A stretch of DNA of 64,000 nucleotides from Macrostomum lignano. Its lineage: Eukaryota. The notes under the pieces were generated by a model. The model was not told the origin of the DNA. It did no database searches and worked only from the letters and a program-made list of their open reading frames with translations. Every line of letters begins with the position of its first letter. Position 1 is the stretch's first letter. A program made the position numbers and the translations under genes. The stretch covers positions 1 to 64,000 of the forward strand of contig NIVC01001052.1 of NCBI GenBank assembly GCA_002269645.1. The letters are read 5' to 3'. Of this stretch, positions 48,003 to 62,020 are shown piece by piece.

Positions 48003-51000
48003 CACTCTAACTGTCATTATGCCTAGCCGCCTTTGGTGAACAGATTTGCGAAACTTAATACTTTAAAAAACTTTTCTAGTTTACTTTTCAAAATACAGTT
48101 TTGTAAACAGTTTTTAATGCAGCTATATCAGAATGGGTTTTTTTAACTAACTGGCATCAAATTAACAGAAAGAAACGGTTGGTAATGCAATATGGCAAAA
48201 CGGAAATTTTGACGAGCAAAAGTTACTATAGTTACTCTGATTTTAGAGAAATTTGTTCAACACTTATTCTTGCAGAAGCAATTTGCTCTTAAGATGTGCC
48301 GTTCCCTCCCCTCCAAGACACCCGGATTGGGATGAAATTAGAAATATTGCCATGAAATTTATATAATTGCCGTAATTGTAATTTTATTTCCACAAAATTA
48401 ATTAAATTGCAATTTGCTGTGCAATTCACTTGCAATTATTGCAATTTTACTCAAATGTTATACTTTCTACTTACAGTAGAATACTTTAAATATTAAATTG
48501 GACGAATTGCAATTTGATTGTGAATTTTTACTTTCTAAATTTTGTGTTAGCTATAAAGGAAATGAGCCAATGACTATATATGTATGATAGCCTAATTTTG
48601 TAAAGATTTGTTTTAGCAACATTTTTAAGGAAAATGTTTATAATTTAGTTTATATCGCATGCTTGTCGAGATTGCAATTTAATTATAATTTGCTATAATT
48701 TTTGCAATGGAATTTTATTGTATTTTGCTGTGTTTGCTACTTCATTACGCCTTTATGTTTTTGTGTTCATGCTTTTGTAAATACTATATGCTCTCTGTAT
48801 GTAAATTATAAATAAAAATTAAATAGTAAAAATGTTTAAATAGGGAATTGCCCAATAGTGCCACAATAATTCACCCAATAATAAAATGCAGAGAAAAATG
48901 TTCTTTTGTTTATATTACTTTTTTCTTCAGGTAACTTCCCGAGTTCCCGAGTCTTAAAATTTTGATTATGTATGCACCATAGAGGTACTGCACGCGCATT
49001 GCGTGCTATAGACATTCATCTTCTATGCCTTATCAGATCTTGACTAATCTTGTATCTTCTTGGAAGATATGGCCTCAAGAACTTGCATGATCCTGTGTCA
49101 TCTTAGCAGATCTGGCCCGAAGATCTTGCATGATCTGTTCAGAAGATCTGGTAAGAATTGACTATGTATTTCAATGGCGAAGATCTGCTGAGCTCTTGCA
49201 AGAACTTAGGGCGCAGTTCAAGTCAGATCTTGTAAGAAACCCCAAGCCAATGTCATCTAGGGCCTGTTTTTAATGTTTTTATTTTTTTAAATTAGGCCCT
49301 ATATCTAGCTTTCATAGGAATGATAACAAATATGTTGAACTATAAATATAATACAGTGAAAACTAGCCTAGGCCTATGTTATCTTTGATACTACAACATA
49401 AAACTAAGGCTAAAAAGGCAATTACTTATTGTTATTTATAATTTCATTATCAGCTTTTATTTACCATTGGCATTTGAATTTATCAATACAAAGTCAATAT
49501 CAAATAAAAAACCTAAAATAATAAACTTTCAAAATATCATTGGAGTCTCTTCATAACATAACCCTTCAATAGAGTCTAGGTCCAGCTTTACTATAAATTA
49601 TAATTTCTAATTTAATCTACATGCAGTGTGCGCAGTATGAAAGGCCTACCTTCTGAGTATTTAGGCTTCCCAATTCCCGCCTTCGGTGGCATTCTTTATA
49701 ATTTCTTTAATTTAATTAATAGAAAAGAAGATTAGATAGATCAGTTAGAGAGGGGTTAAACTTTCTGTTGTGTTCACGCTGATTAGTAGCAAAAGCTGGC
49801 TGTCAGAACTACCTATATCTACTTTAAAGACTGACGAATGTAGCAGTGCGACAATCAGTTATTATCATAGATTCATGTAGTTCATTTTTTTTTCGATTCG
49901 TACTATTCGATCAACTGAAAGGCATATTAAAAAAGTGGACTAGATTTTATTAACAAAAAACAAAATATTTTTTTTTCGCCTGCTAATACAAACTTTCCTT
50001 TACATTCGCTACGCCTACTTTGCTTTTTTTATCAAGAAATTAACATACCGCTATTTATAACCTTTTAATTTTTTTAAACTGACGACTTTCGTAGAGTAAA
50101 CCCGTAAGAATACGATCCACACGTTGCTAAATGTACTTTTATGTAATTAAAAACAGTGTACCAATTCGGCGCATAAATTATAGTAGTAATGAGAAGGCCG
50201 GTTGAAGTGAAAGATACATTGATGCGCTCCTGTAATTGTTAAGAGCACTGGAGGAAATTGCAATATGATCGATATACGATCAAAATGTGTATAAGAACTG
50301 GAAAGTGCAGCTTACATCGCAGCAGAAAAACGGCGGCCTCCTCTTGTCTCGGCCGGGGCTATTCAGTCAGACCAGCTCTACACTAAATACAGATACGAAC
50401 AGATAACAAAGCTGGAGGTTTGAGGGCCAAGCCAGAAGGCGTGACAGTTGACTCGCTGTACAAACGCAATTAATTGGTGGGGGTGGGTGCAGATTATATG
50501 TTGCCTAACAACAGCACAGAGAAAAACTGCTTGAGCGATAAAGTTCCATGCCCCGCTCAAACTATGCATTGCTCTGCTTTTTGTAAACTAAAATAACAGC
50601 TGTGCTTGTTTGACTATTAAAGTACATGCACATGTAATATGTACAAGTTATACATGCATGTATTGTCTTGAATAATTTTGCGGTATACAGCAGAGAATCC
50701 TAGTAGGAGATGTGTGGGCCTCGATCACACTCATAATAAGTTTTTTTGGAGGCCAGTGTGTTAGAAAGTCTTTTTGGCATGTGAGCAGAAGATATAACAG
50801 GAAAAAACCTAGCTGTCATACAAAAACCTACATATTTATATGATTTACGCGGTGCATAGCCATGCCAGCAGCTGCGGCAGAACTGCTTAAATGGCGATCG
50901 TGATCGCGTATTGGCTGGAGTCATTTAATGCACGAGAAGTATATATCGTGTTACAATTTCATGGATGAAGGAATTGTTCAAGGCGCACTCGTGACCTAGA

Positions 51001-51206
51001 CATTTAGGCACTCTATACAACTATTGAATCCTATATTTAAAGAACCGGCCGGCCGATTCATTCTGTGTATAAGCCATTCTCTATCTCTGTACAGCAACCC
51101 GACGTCGGCGACGCAATGCAATGTATTATACTTTTACATTTGATGAGGACGCACCTTTTTTCAATCTTAGAACCGCACATTTTGCTTCGATGCGCTTTTC
51201 CCCTAC

Positions 51207-52499
51207 TGTCAGTAGGCTAGCTTAGGAATTTCTCTCCATTCTCTCATCTAGGCTAAGTTCTATATTATTTTATGCCATTATTAGTTATGTTAGAAACTCA
51301 ATGTACTTCTCTTAGAATTCTAATTTTGGATTGTTTACGCACATTTGAAGGTCAGACTGTCTGGGTTTGAGATGGATTGACCTCCAACAGTCTATCTAGA
51401 CAGGCGACACTAAGTCTGGGAGGAACGTTTTCCACCTCGTTCTGACCCCCAGATTTGTTGCTTTTTTTCTGTTTTCAGTGATTTATGGCCGTCTAGCTGT
51501 CACTTTTGGCTCCAGCCTGTCTGGGTCAAAGAGGTCTTTCCAGCTTTCTCCTTTGATTTATGGGCGTTTTGCTGTCACTTTTGGCGCCAGGATGTCTAGA
51601 CAAGTGACTTTTATTATGTTTTGCTTATGATTTATGACCGCACCTGTCAACTTCCCTGGGGTCTGAAGGCCACATGGTGGGGTAGGTTTTGGGGTCTTGA
51701 GCTCAGCCAATCAGAGTCGACCTGACTGCCCCCGGCTCGACTAATCAGAAAATTTGGCGCCTATTTTAACAAAAGCTCTCAGCCAATCGGAAAATTCGGC
51801 GTGCGTTATAACAAATCGGCCGCGTGAGAGCTATAAAAGGCGGCAACTCGACCCGCGCTCGAGTAACCCCCACCCCCGCTCCTGCTGCTTCCCCGACCCT
51901 TCGGGTGTTTCCGGACTTGCTGGTATCTTGTTCCGGCTGCCCCTTCGGCATCTGAGCCCCCTTCCCCCGGCAGTTTCGGCTTCAACAGCCAAGTTCCCCC
52001 CTGAGAAGCATCATCAATATTGGCTACCGGCAGATAGGTCCTCTGACTGGCTTGGTGAGAGGCTTTCTTGACCTGCTTAACTGTGTGCACCCTTTGTCTG
52101 ATCCCTTCCTAGGTAGTCTGATAGGATTTGCACTTTTGCTTACTTGCTTTTGTGTGCCAATCTCGAGGCAGAAGTGTCAGTTAATATTAAAATTAGCCAT
52201 TTGCTCTAACTCAATCTAAAGTGTTTAGGATTGCGGATTAAGTGAGAAAGTTAAATCTGGAAGTTAAAGACTTAGTGTTTTCTTTCTTTTTCGCAATGCC
52301 AGCTGAGATGAGCGGCTAAATCTAGAGGCAGAGGTCACAGTGGACCGGAAGCGACACAGTTCCCAGTCAATCAGTCGATCTAAGAGATCATTATGTTAAG
52401 CATGCAAATTAAGTGCCAGACTGGCGCTTTGGCGCGGTCACAGGCAGTCAAGCGGCTAAAGTAAGTTAAGTATTTGTCTAACGATCTTCGAAAGTGACA
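51207..52499 (+). mobile_element. LTR-like segment with Pol II promoter
   Basis: TGTCA...TGACA ends, repeated enhancer-like blocks, two AGCCAATC boxes, CTATAAAAGG at about 51831; no TSD found. Confidence 0.35.
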
Positions 52500-53798
52500 A
52501 TGCATCTACATCATCGCTATCTGTCGACGTGTTAACACATTTAGTGCCAAAAGCGTGCAGTTACGTGTACTTATACATGTACTTCTGGGAATTTGGTAAT
52601 GAAATAGTACATTTAGTAGAGTATGAAGGCTCGCCAGCGCAAGAACCCCCTGCAAAAGTCCTCTCTGTCCCTACATGGCCAATGCGATCTTAGTCCCAGC
52701 AGCGTCCCTTCTATTCGGCTATGACTTCGAGATTAGACAGCTAAAAGACACTAGATGGCAGGTAAGTGCAGTGCCCCTCTAGTCGGAAGTCCGATTTCGA
52801 CAGCTCCGGTTTGGTGAGCCGGGGCGCACGGACTGGTGGCAGCGGGTTAGTTATTAATCTGCGGATTAGCTATCTTTACCTTTCAAATTCTCCCTGCTTG
52901 TCTCTCGCTGTCTTCTCTTAGCTATAGGACCTTGCTGCTCGCCCACAATCTAGCTACCATGGGGCTGACCATCTGACAGGAGTGAGAGGCCAGAGTTCTA
53001 AGTGATTCATTTCTGAATTCTGAGGCCCGAAGCTATAGGCTTAAAAAAGGCCGAACCTTTGTCGATGTTATTATATACATGTACATGCAAGATCGAGTAC
53101 ATGCATGCATATTTGCCAGCAACGTGGAAACTTCGGGCATGTTTAAATTACATTTAGCACACACACACATAAGCCACCATCGTGTCTATATATTTCATGC
53201 TCTAATACATGATCTAATAGGTACATGTAACAAATGTACGTCGTATTCTTTCCGTGTTTAAGCACAAGAAAAAAGTATTGTTGATTCTTAACAATTATCT
53301 CGGCACTTGAATAGTTGGACTGAAAAGTTATTCCCGCCGGACATTCGATCGATATCCAACACAGCTAGCTAATAAAATTTCAACTGCAGAGACGTCATAT
53401 AGCAACCAAAACATTTCCCAAGCAGGACAAAAGCTTCCATGAAAAAATACTCTATAAACTTAGTCATTATATGGCTTCCTTTACATGTGGCTTTTCAGCT
53501 GTCGGTTTCCACTGGCACTTCAAAATATTGAAAGTGTTTAAAAGCATAAAACTTGACAACTACCCATGTGCATAAGCTAAGTGAATACACTTGGTGAATT
53601 GTGTAAGCTTACTATAGAGTAGCTACGTCGAAATTCTAAACGAAAACTAGTAGCTTGCCATTTTGAATTCGGCATTCTTTTCCCTCTTACTTTATTCTCA
53701 ACAGGATTTTATAGCCACCGATCTTTACAAACGAAGATCTGAAAAACTTAGTAATTAGCGAATTGTGGATTTAAAAAATCAATATTTCCCACACTCAT

Positions 53799-54060
53799 TG
53801 GGCCTTTTCATATTACCAATTCCAGAACCAGAATCGGTTCGGAATTCCAAGAAAAACAGCAGTATAACTATTAAACTCTGTTAATATTTGACTGCCTTAA
53901 CAGCCTCACTTTGCACGATTTTTCACTTTCTTCTTGGTGATTGTCATTCAATAATAAAAACTTTATAGCACGTATCTTCCTCTAGTTATGGAGATAAAAA
54001 GTTATACTTCACAAATTGGTTCCGGTTCTGGAACCAGAACAAGCAATATGAAAAGGCCCA
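53799..54060. mobile_element. MITE with 16-bp TIR (TGGGCCTTTTCATATT) nested in a dispersed repeat
   Basis: Inverted termini; absent from the related copy near 58350; TSD unclear. Confidence 0.55.
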
Positions 54061-54572
54061 CTCACTCACTAATTTAATCGCAAGATTTTGCGCGATCTTA
54101 CACGTTTTATAGTGCAGCATAATATAAAAAGACGTTATTTTGAATTTGTTATAATGCAGCTGTTGATTTTATTTGCTAGAAAAAGCTACGAAAGAATTTT
54201 GTATATTTAAATAGTTGTAAACGAAAGATAAAAAGGTACATGCTAATTACCACAGTAAAAAGTTTTCGACTTCAGTAGAATAATGTTTACGAGAGAGTGG
54301 GGCTACGGGACGGTAATTAAGAACAGTGGCTGAAGAAAACAAAAGAATAAAATAAAATATTAAACACACAACGAAGTTCGAAGAGAGAGAGCTGCACTAC
54401 ACCTGCATGCACATGTATTTGCAGTAAGAGTTTATTTAAGAGCGTACAAAATAGCAAAACTTTTCTGCGTGCTAAGCTAGGATCAAATAATTACGTCATG
54501 CATTAGGTCACCAAGTAGTGCGTTTTAACTGACCCTATTTAACTGCAGCGGGGGCAGCTTTGCACAGCAGAT

Positions 54573-55587
<1,015 letters not shown>

Positions 55588-55674
55588 TATGGTTTTTAGT
55601 ATTCTACTGCTGGATTTGAGTCTCTCTGAGTCTACCAGGCTGTCGGCTGCTCCTCGGATTTCCGCAAACTAGAG

Positions 55675-55681
55675 CTTTATA
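55675..55681 (-). promoter_or_regulatory. TATA box of the Ly6 gene
   Basis: TATAAAG on the minus strand about 88 bp upstream of the ATG. Confidence 0.5.
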
Positions 55682-56499
55682 TGTGTGAATAGTGGGGCTT
55701 GCCAGGATGAACAAATATTCCTATACTTTCTGCTGCTTTTTCTTCCTGAGCAGAGCTGTTGCCATGGGAGCAATGTAAGATCAACACAGGGTTCCATTTT
55801 CTTGCAATTGTTTGCTTAAATAGCTAACTGAGCGGCGACCCACGGGGAGATTCGCTGCATTGGATGAAGCTCTGTGCTCATAGCAACATGGTAAGCAGAG
55901 TTAAAAGTGCTTCTCACTTTACTGGAAGCGAGGCAGGGCTTTGCGAAAACAGTCAGCTTCCCATAAAGTAAAGAGAAAATGTTCTAATTCAAACTAGAAT
56001 TTAGTCCATAGGCTGGTGCTACCAATTCTACATCTACTTCATTTCATAGAGCTACATTGTCAGAGTAGACGTTTCTTGTGACGCCATTATAAGGAATTTT
56101 AAGGACAGGTAAGCCAAGATCTTGGAGCCAAAAAGTCGGCCTCCTGTACTGGACTATCAGACTACCGCGGTCCGACCGCGCCCCCGGCAGAGCATGCATT
56201 GCGTGGTCGCCATCCCTGCGCCTGTTGCGTGGTCACTGCATCCGGCTTGTTTTGCCGTACACCGTTTACCACTCTCTGCGCCTCAGTTGTGCAAAGTCTC
56301 CCCCCCCCCTCACCCTGCAGCCAATCAGCTTGCACGCTTCTTATTTACTAGACGTAACTCTGTCCCACGCAAATATCGATTACTAAATAGATATATATAT
56401 TGGCTCTCAATGCCATGTAGTGGCCAAGCCCTTTCTTAACTCTAAAGCCAGTCTACATTGGCATCGCTGCCAAGTAGAACTGTCTGTGCCTCTACAGAT

Positions 56500-58140
56500 C
56501 GCTCGATACCACTTCATAGCCGCATGACATAGTCAAACAGGATAACGTATGGAAACGGGGATAAAGTTTCACCTTGCAGGACCCCGGAGGTGGTGGCAAT
56601 TTCAAATGCAGGGCCATGGTCAGTCTGGACAAAAGCCTTGGACTAGCTGTAGAGGGCCATGATAGTCTGGACCAGCAGCTGACGAACTCCATGCTGCTGG
56701 AGGAGCCAGGCAGTTGTCACCTGGCTGACGGAGTCAAAAGCTTTGCAGAAATCTACAAGAACAATTGACACCACTTTTTGGCGAGTCTCGCACGCCTCAA
56801 TGATGCACCGGATCGCAGCGACTTGTTCTGCTGTCGACCGTCCATGTCGAAAGCCGCTATGGGTGTTGAGAAGCATCTGGTTGATGATGGGCTGAATGCG
56901 GTTTCGTAGGATGGTGTTAAGGACTTTGGCCAGAGTGCACTCTAGGGCGATGCCACGCAAGTTGTCGAGGCCGCTGGAGTTGCTCTTCCTGGGAATGGCT
57001 GCGATCTCAGAAGTTCTCCATCGCTCTGGGGCACTAGCAGTTGAGTCCCCGACCAGACGGCAAGAGCGGTTGAGGATTCCGGTGATGACAGGCATCTTTA
57101 AGACATGCGGTAAGATGTAATCGATTTCCGCTGCTGCATCAGCCCGCATGGTTCTTAGGGCCTTGAAGACTTCATCCATGGAGATCGGAGCGCAATTGAA
57201 GTCGGATGGACAGGCAGGTGAAGAGTCAGCAAGCGGGCGGAGAGCAGCGCTGGGAGCTGGGACATTGAGAACAAGATGGAAGTGGCCCGCAATCAGCTGT
57301 AGGCGGTACTCGATGGGATCAGCGTTGATAATAGCATTCGGTGTGGCTCGCGTTCTGTGAGGCTGTTGATGGTGCGCCAGGCCGCAGCATGACGGCAGTT
57401 GTCAGTGGCAGCCTTGATCTCCGTCACAGCTTCTTGGGTGAACAGCTCACCAGCTTGGATGTGGGCAGCTTGCAGTGCCTCAGCCGCGGTGGAGGCAGCA
57501 ATATAATGTTGGCAGTGCCACAGTTGCCTCCTGAGGAGAACTGCTGCCGCGGAAGCAACTGCTGCAGAGAAGCTGTCGTAGTTGCTGTCAAGGTGGAGCC
57601 CCAAGTCATTGAGGAGTTGTCGCAGGAAGTTCGATCTGATTTCATAGTTGCTAAGTGCACCCCAGTAGGGCAGGGGACTGGTCGGCTTCCTGAAGCGATG
57701 CCAGCGTAGGTGCAGTCTGCAGCACAGGAGAGTATGGTTGGATGAGATGCATTTCAGGGTGATGCTACGAACGGCTCGAAGACGATCTCTCTGCGACATT
57801 GGGCAGAGAATGCAGTCGAGGCGGTGCTGCTACCATTTGGGCCATGAAAAGTTGGTAGAGCACTGAGGCGTTGGCGAAGGCAGCCATTTGCCGCCATCGG
57901 GTCGCGAGAATGAATGAAGTCAAAAAGGAAACTTGTGAGCTGAGCAGCAGCGATTATTCACCAGTCGACCGTCTACCGGGAGGGGAGCGTTGAAGTCGCC
58001 TGTGAAAATGATGAGGTTCAGGGAGTCCAGCTGGTCAATATCAGAGCATTGTGTTAGTCGTAGAAGCTCTCAGTTGCAGACGGATCTGAAGATGTGTTTG
58101 GTGCGTCTGTCCTCCAGCGCAAAATAGCTGTCATGACCGA
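56500..58140 (-). pseudogene. Non-LTR retrotransposon ORF2 remnant (APE endonuclease + RT; RTE-like)
   Basis: LIIFTGDFNA, HRLDCIL, SNHTLL (APE); RGIAL..TLAKVL, GFRHGRSTAEQV, VDFCKAFDSV, QGETLSP (RT); frameshifted and truncated. Confidence 0.85.
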
Positions 58141-58749
58141 TGCGCTCAGAGAGACAACCAAAAAGCCAAGGGAATAACAGTAAGTTTAGCTAAATGTATA
58201 AGCTATGAAATTCTGAATAAAAACTGGCTTACCATTTCGAATTCGCGGTATTCTTTTCCTTGCTTATCTTATTCGATCAGCTGGATTTTAACTACTTACG
58301 ATCAAAAAACTGAGTGAGCGAATTATGAATTTTAAAAAGTGCAAATTTTCCCACACTAATTTCACTCATTTGATCGCAAGATTTTGCGATTTATTAGTGC
58401 AGCATAATATGAAAAAAACGTTATTTTGAATTTGTTATATTGCAGCTGTTGATTTATATTTGCTAGTAAAATTTACGAAGTCTATTTAGCTAGTTGTAGA
58501 CGAAAATTAAAAAGGTATTAGCCTTAGTAACAAGTTTTAGACTTCAGCCTTCAGTAGAATTTTAGGAGAGAGTGGAGCTAAAGGACATTTTCAGAAGAAT
58601 ACACGAGTGCGGGAATGACATGAAGGAATCCCATTGTCGGCTGATTTTCCATGCAGGAATGGCATTCTTGCACTCTTTTGCGTGCAGGAATGGATGTCTA
58701 TGCAAAATCTCACTGAAAAAGCATTAGCATTAGCATTAGCGCCGGAGCA

Positions 58750-59585
58750 ACCAGGGACACTCACTACATCAACAGCATTTTCGAGGACGCGACCCCTTCG
58801 GGACTGGCGCTGCAGCAGCTTAAGGATGCAGTAGCGAGAGACGGAGCCCTACAAGCAGCCATCTCAGCTCTCCGAGGCGGCAAGTGGGATCTTCGACAGG
58901 CCACACTGCGATCGTTGCATGCAGTCAAGCAGGAGCTCGCCACAGCCGACGGAATTCTACTGAAAGGCCAGCGCATCGTCGTTCCCAAAGCTGCGAGTCA
59001 TCAGGCCGAAGTTCCGGCAGCGCCGCTGCAAGCCACATCACTACCGCCACACGCCTGGCACATCCCGGGCATCGACTTCACTGGGCCAGTGCAAAACAAG
59101 GTCACCGTAAGAGGAGGCGCCGTAATGCACGCTCGCGGAACGTCACACAGCGCAACTCGATCACGCGCTTGTCCTGGCTCACGAGCGTTGCCGCGTCACT
59201 AACTGCCACACCATGGCTCCGCTGACTTCCGGTCAGACCAACAAGTTCTGCTCTTGCGACGTAGGACTTTACGACCAGCTCTACCCACCTCCTAAGCAGG
59301 GGCCACCTCGCTGTCAGCCATGCTCTGCTGGATTCCCGCGTGAAACAGCAGTTTGTGGGTGGGGAGCCTTTGGAAATCAGCGCAGAGCCGCTTAACAGCG
59401 AGAGCACCAGAAAAACCGACGGCACACGGACGATGCTAAAGAAGCTTTCTCGAAAGACGACGACGCCGTCCAATCCATCACTGCAGCCGGCTACGACGTT
59501 AAGAGCCGCGTGTTGTGATTGTCCTGTTGGGACCCTGAATGGCCGAAAAAATCAAGTGACGCGGCTCTCTGGAGGAGCGGAGGAA
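58750..59585 (+). mobile_element. Ty3/Gypsy pol remnant (pre-integrase and integrase)
   Basis: LKDAVARDGALQ...VKQELATADGILLKGQRIVVP and PLQATSLPPHAWHIPGIDFTGP; deleted and frameshifted; ends in a purine tract GGAGGAGCGGAGGAA before TG. Confidence 0.7.
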
Positions 59586-60017
59586 TGAATTGTCCTGTCC
59601 TACTGTTTCGCCGGCATCGTGAACGCGCCCGCGCCGCCGCTACCGCTCCTACCGGACACAACCCTGCCAGCTGAGGAGGATTCTAAACCAGCCCAGTTAC
59701 CACAGAGAGTAAAGTGCTGTTCGCTCGAAAAGCACCAGGCGTGCGGCTCCCGAAGTCGCGCAACTTCGGAACATAGCGCACATTGTTCCAATTCCAAGGA
59801 ATGCTACTTGATTATCTGCAGTCCGGGCTTTTATGCTTTTTACACGCGACACATGCGTCTGGCTGCTGGAAAACATCGAGGCTGCACTTTTCACACCACA
59901 CAGCACATTTTATTTATTTTGTCTGCGTTGTTGCATTACTTAAAAGTACTTTTGCTTCGATATGCTAAAAAACGGAAACACTACGAAAAACACTATAGAG
60001 ACACAAAGAAACAGAGC

Positions 60018-60795
60018 CAGGAATATCAACTGCAGTCGCAGAGATGGGACATCAACTGCAGCCGCAGAGCCAGGAATATCAACTGCAGTCGCAGAGATGG
60101 GACATCAACTGCAGCCGCAGAGCCAGGAATATCAACTGCAGTCGCAGAGACAGGGACATCAACTGCAGTCGCAGAGACAGGGACATCAACTGCAGCCGCA
60201 GAGACAGGGACATCAACTGCAGTCGCAGAGATGGGACATCAACTGCAGCCGCAGAGCCAGGAATATCAACTGCAGTCGCAGAGACAGGGACATCAACTGC
60301 AGTCGCAGAGACAGGGACATCAACTGCAGCGGCAGAGACAGGGACATCAACTGCAGTCGCAGAGACAGGGATATCAACTGCAGCGGCAGAGACAGGGGCA
60401 TCAACTGCAGTCGCAGAGACAGGGATATCAACTGCAGTCGCAGAGACAGGGATATCAACTGCAGTCGCAGAGACAGGGACATCAACTGCAGTCGCAGAGA
60501 CTGGAACATCAACTGCAGCGGCAGAGACAGGGACATCAACTGCAGTCGCAGAGACAGGGACATCAACTGCAGTCGCAGAGACAGGGACATCAACTGCAGT
60601 CGCAGAGACAGGGATATCAACTGCAGTCGCAGAGACTGGAACATCAACTGCAGCGGCAGAGACAGGGACATCAACTGCAGTCGCAGAGACAGGGACATCA
60701 ACTGCAGTCGCAGAGACAGGGACATCAACTGCAGTCGCAGAGACAGGGATATCAACTGCAGTCGCAGAGATGTGATATCAACTGCAGTCAGAGAG
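60018..60795. repeat. 27-bp minisatellite (GAGACAGGGACATCAACTGCAGTCGCA)
   Basis: About 29 units. Confidence 0.95.
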
Positions 60796-61757
60796 ACTGG
60801 AAAATCCACTGAGTATCTCTTAGTACATGGGGCATATGAAATCGTAGCTTAAAAAGGAATTTCAATTTTGAAACTTTTCTCGTGCCTGATTTGTTTTGCT
60901 TTGTTGGTTAGTTTTTACAATAAATTAGTTGTGTAGGGTTCAAAACGTTTGGGTAATAGAATATCGTTTATAAATTTATTTAAAGAATGGCTTACAGCAC
61001 TTTGAGTGTAATTTGAGCAGCGTTATTTAGATGTTTTGCTTGATTTATGTTTATTTCACAGAGTCATTAATCTTGCATTTGCGGCATTTCTAAATGCTCA
61101 AAACAAAATGCTAAATGCTCAGCTGTCTTGGAGAGTCGTTCTGTTTTCGCCTTGTGGAAGGCGTTCTAAGGCATGCAGTTAATTAATCAGCAGTATAGTT
61201 CTGTATGATCATAGCGAGTATAATGTTTTGCTAAATGACTAGTATTTAACTTCACTGATGCGCTCGGAGTCATGGTCATTTTCCCTTTGTTAGCTAATGC
61301 TTGTTTATGACTTCAAAGCGCAGGTAGTGCCAGTTCACTGGAATTGATTAACAGTGGAAAACCAAGCCATTTTTCCGCCCGTCGAACTACCAAGAGGGGG
61401 GGGGAAATTCCCCCCCCCCCTGACAATTTTTTCGCTGCGCCGGAACGGAGCAACGCAGGCACACGAAATTCAAGAACACGGGCTAATTTTTTGTTGCGCA
61501 CCTTCTCAAACAAGAATCAAGTCGCCAGCCCTCCGGACCGTCGAGATATTGGACGATTCTGCCAGAAGGTCAGATTTTTCCCATAAGTGCTAGTGTATTC
61601 AGTACACCCCTGTGCGCCAGTCAGCACTGCGCCTCAGTGCAGCCTTGCCAAGTCTCCAAATTTCATCAGCACGTCGACCACATGTGTCTGCATCAGCTCT
61701 GACTTCGTTGGTCACTAGCCTTCACCCAGGTGGAGCTTCTGGACCCTCAACAGGTGG

Positions 61758-62020
61758 CACCAGGTGACTATGGACACCCTGATGCGGATTTCTCTAGTTT
61801 CGCCGATCAAGCCTCGACAGTGGGCAAGAATCAACCGCCAGACATTCTCAGCTAGTCTCTCAAGCATTCCGTCATCATCCCGACGCCGTCGGCTCCTTCA
61901 ACAGATTACACCAGGTGACTATGGACAGCCTGATAATAAGAATTTCTCTAGTTTCGCCGATCAAGCCTCGACAGTGGGCAAGAATCAACCGCCAGACATT
62001 CTCAGCTAGTCTCTCAAGCA
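61758..62020. repeat. About 110-bp direct duplication with 151-bp period
   Basis: CACCAGGTGACTATGGACA...CTCAGCTAGTCTCTCAAGCA occurs twice. Confidence 0.85.

Larger units (their letters stand above)
43760..49262 (+). mobile_element. CACTA/EnSpm-like (CMC) element with CCC termini, 5.5 kb, degenerate
   Basis: TIR CCCTAGATGACA/TGTCATCTAGGG, 2-bp TSD CC, AGATCT-rich subterminal regions at both ends, internal remnant resembling a CMC transposase C-terminus. Confidence 0.7.

Noticed and set aside
50700-50924. ORF containing MPKRLSNTLASKKTYYE as an MRG15 first exon
   Set aside because: No phase-1 GT donor that avoids creating a stop at the junction.
59619-60852. ORFs of 243-397 aa
   Set aside because: Mostly the 27-bp array (a multiple of 3) plus degenerate retroelement sequence.
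61396-61420. G9-AAATT-C10 hairpin
   Set aside because: Homopolymer-based; I found no convincing TIR/TSD pair for the surrounding segment.
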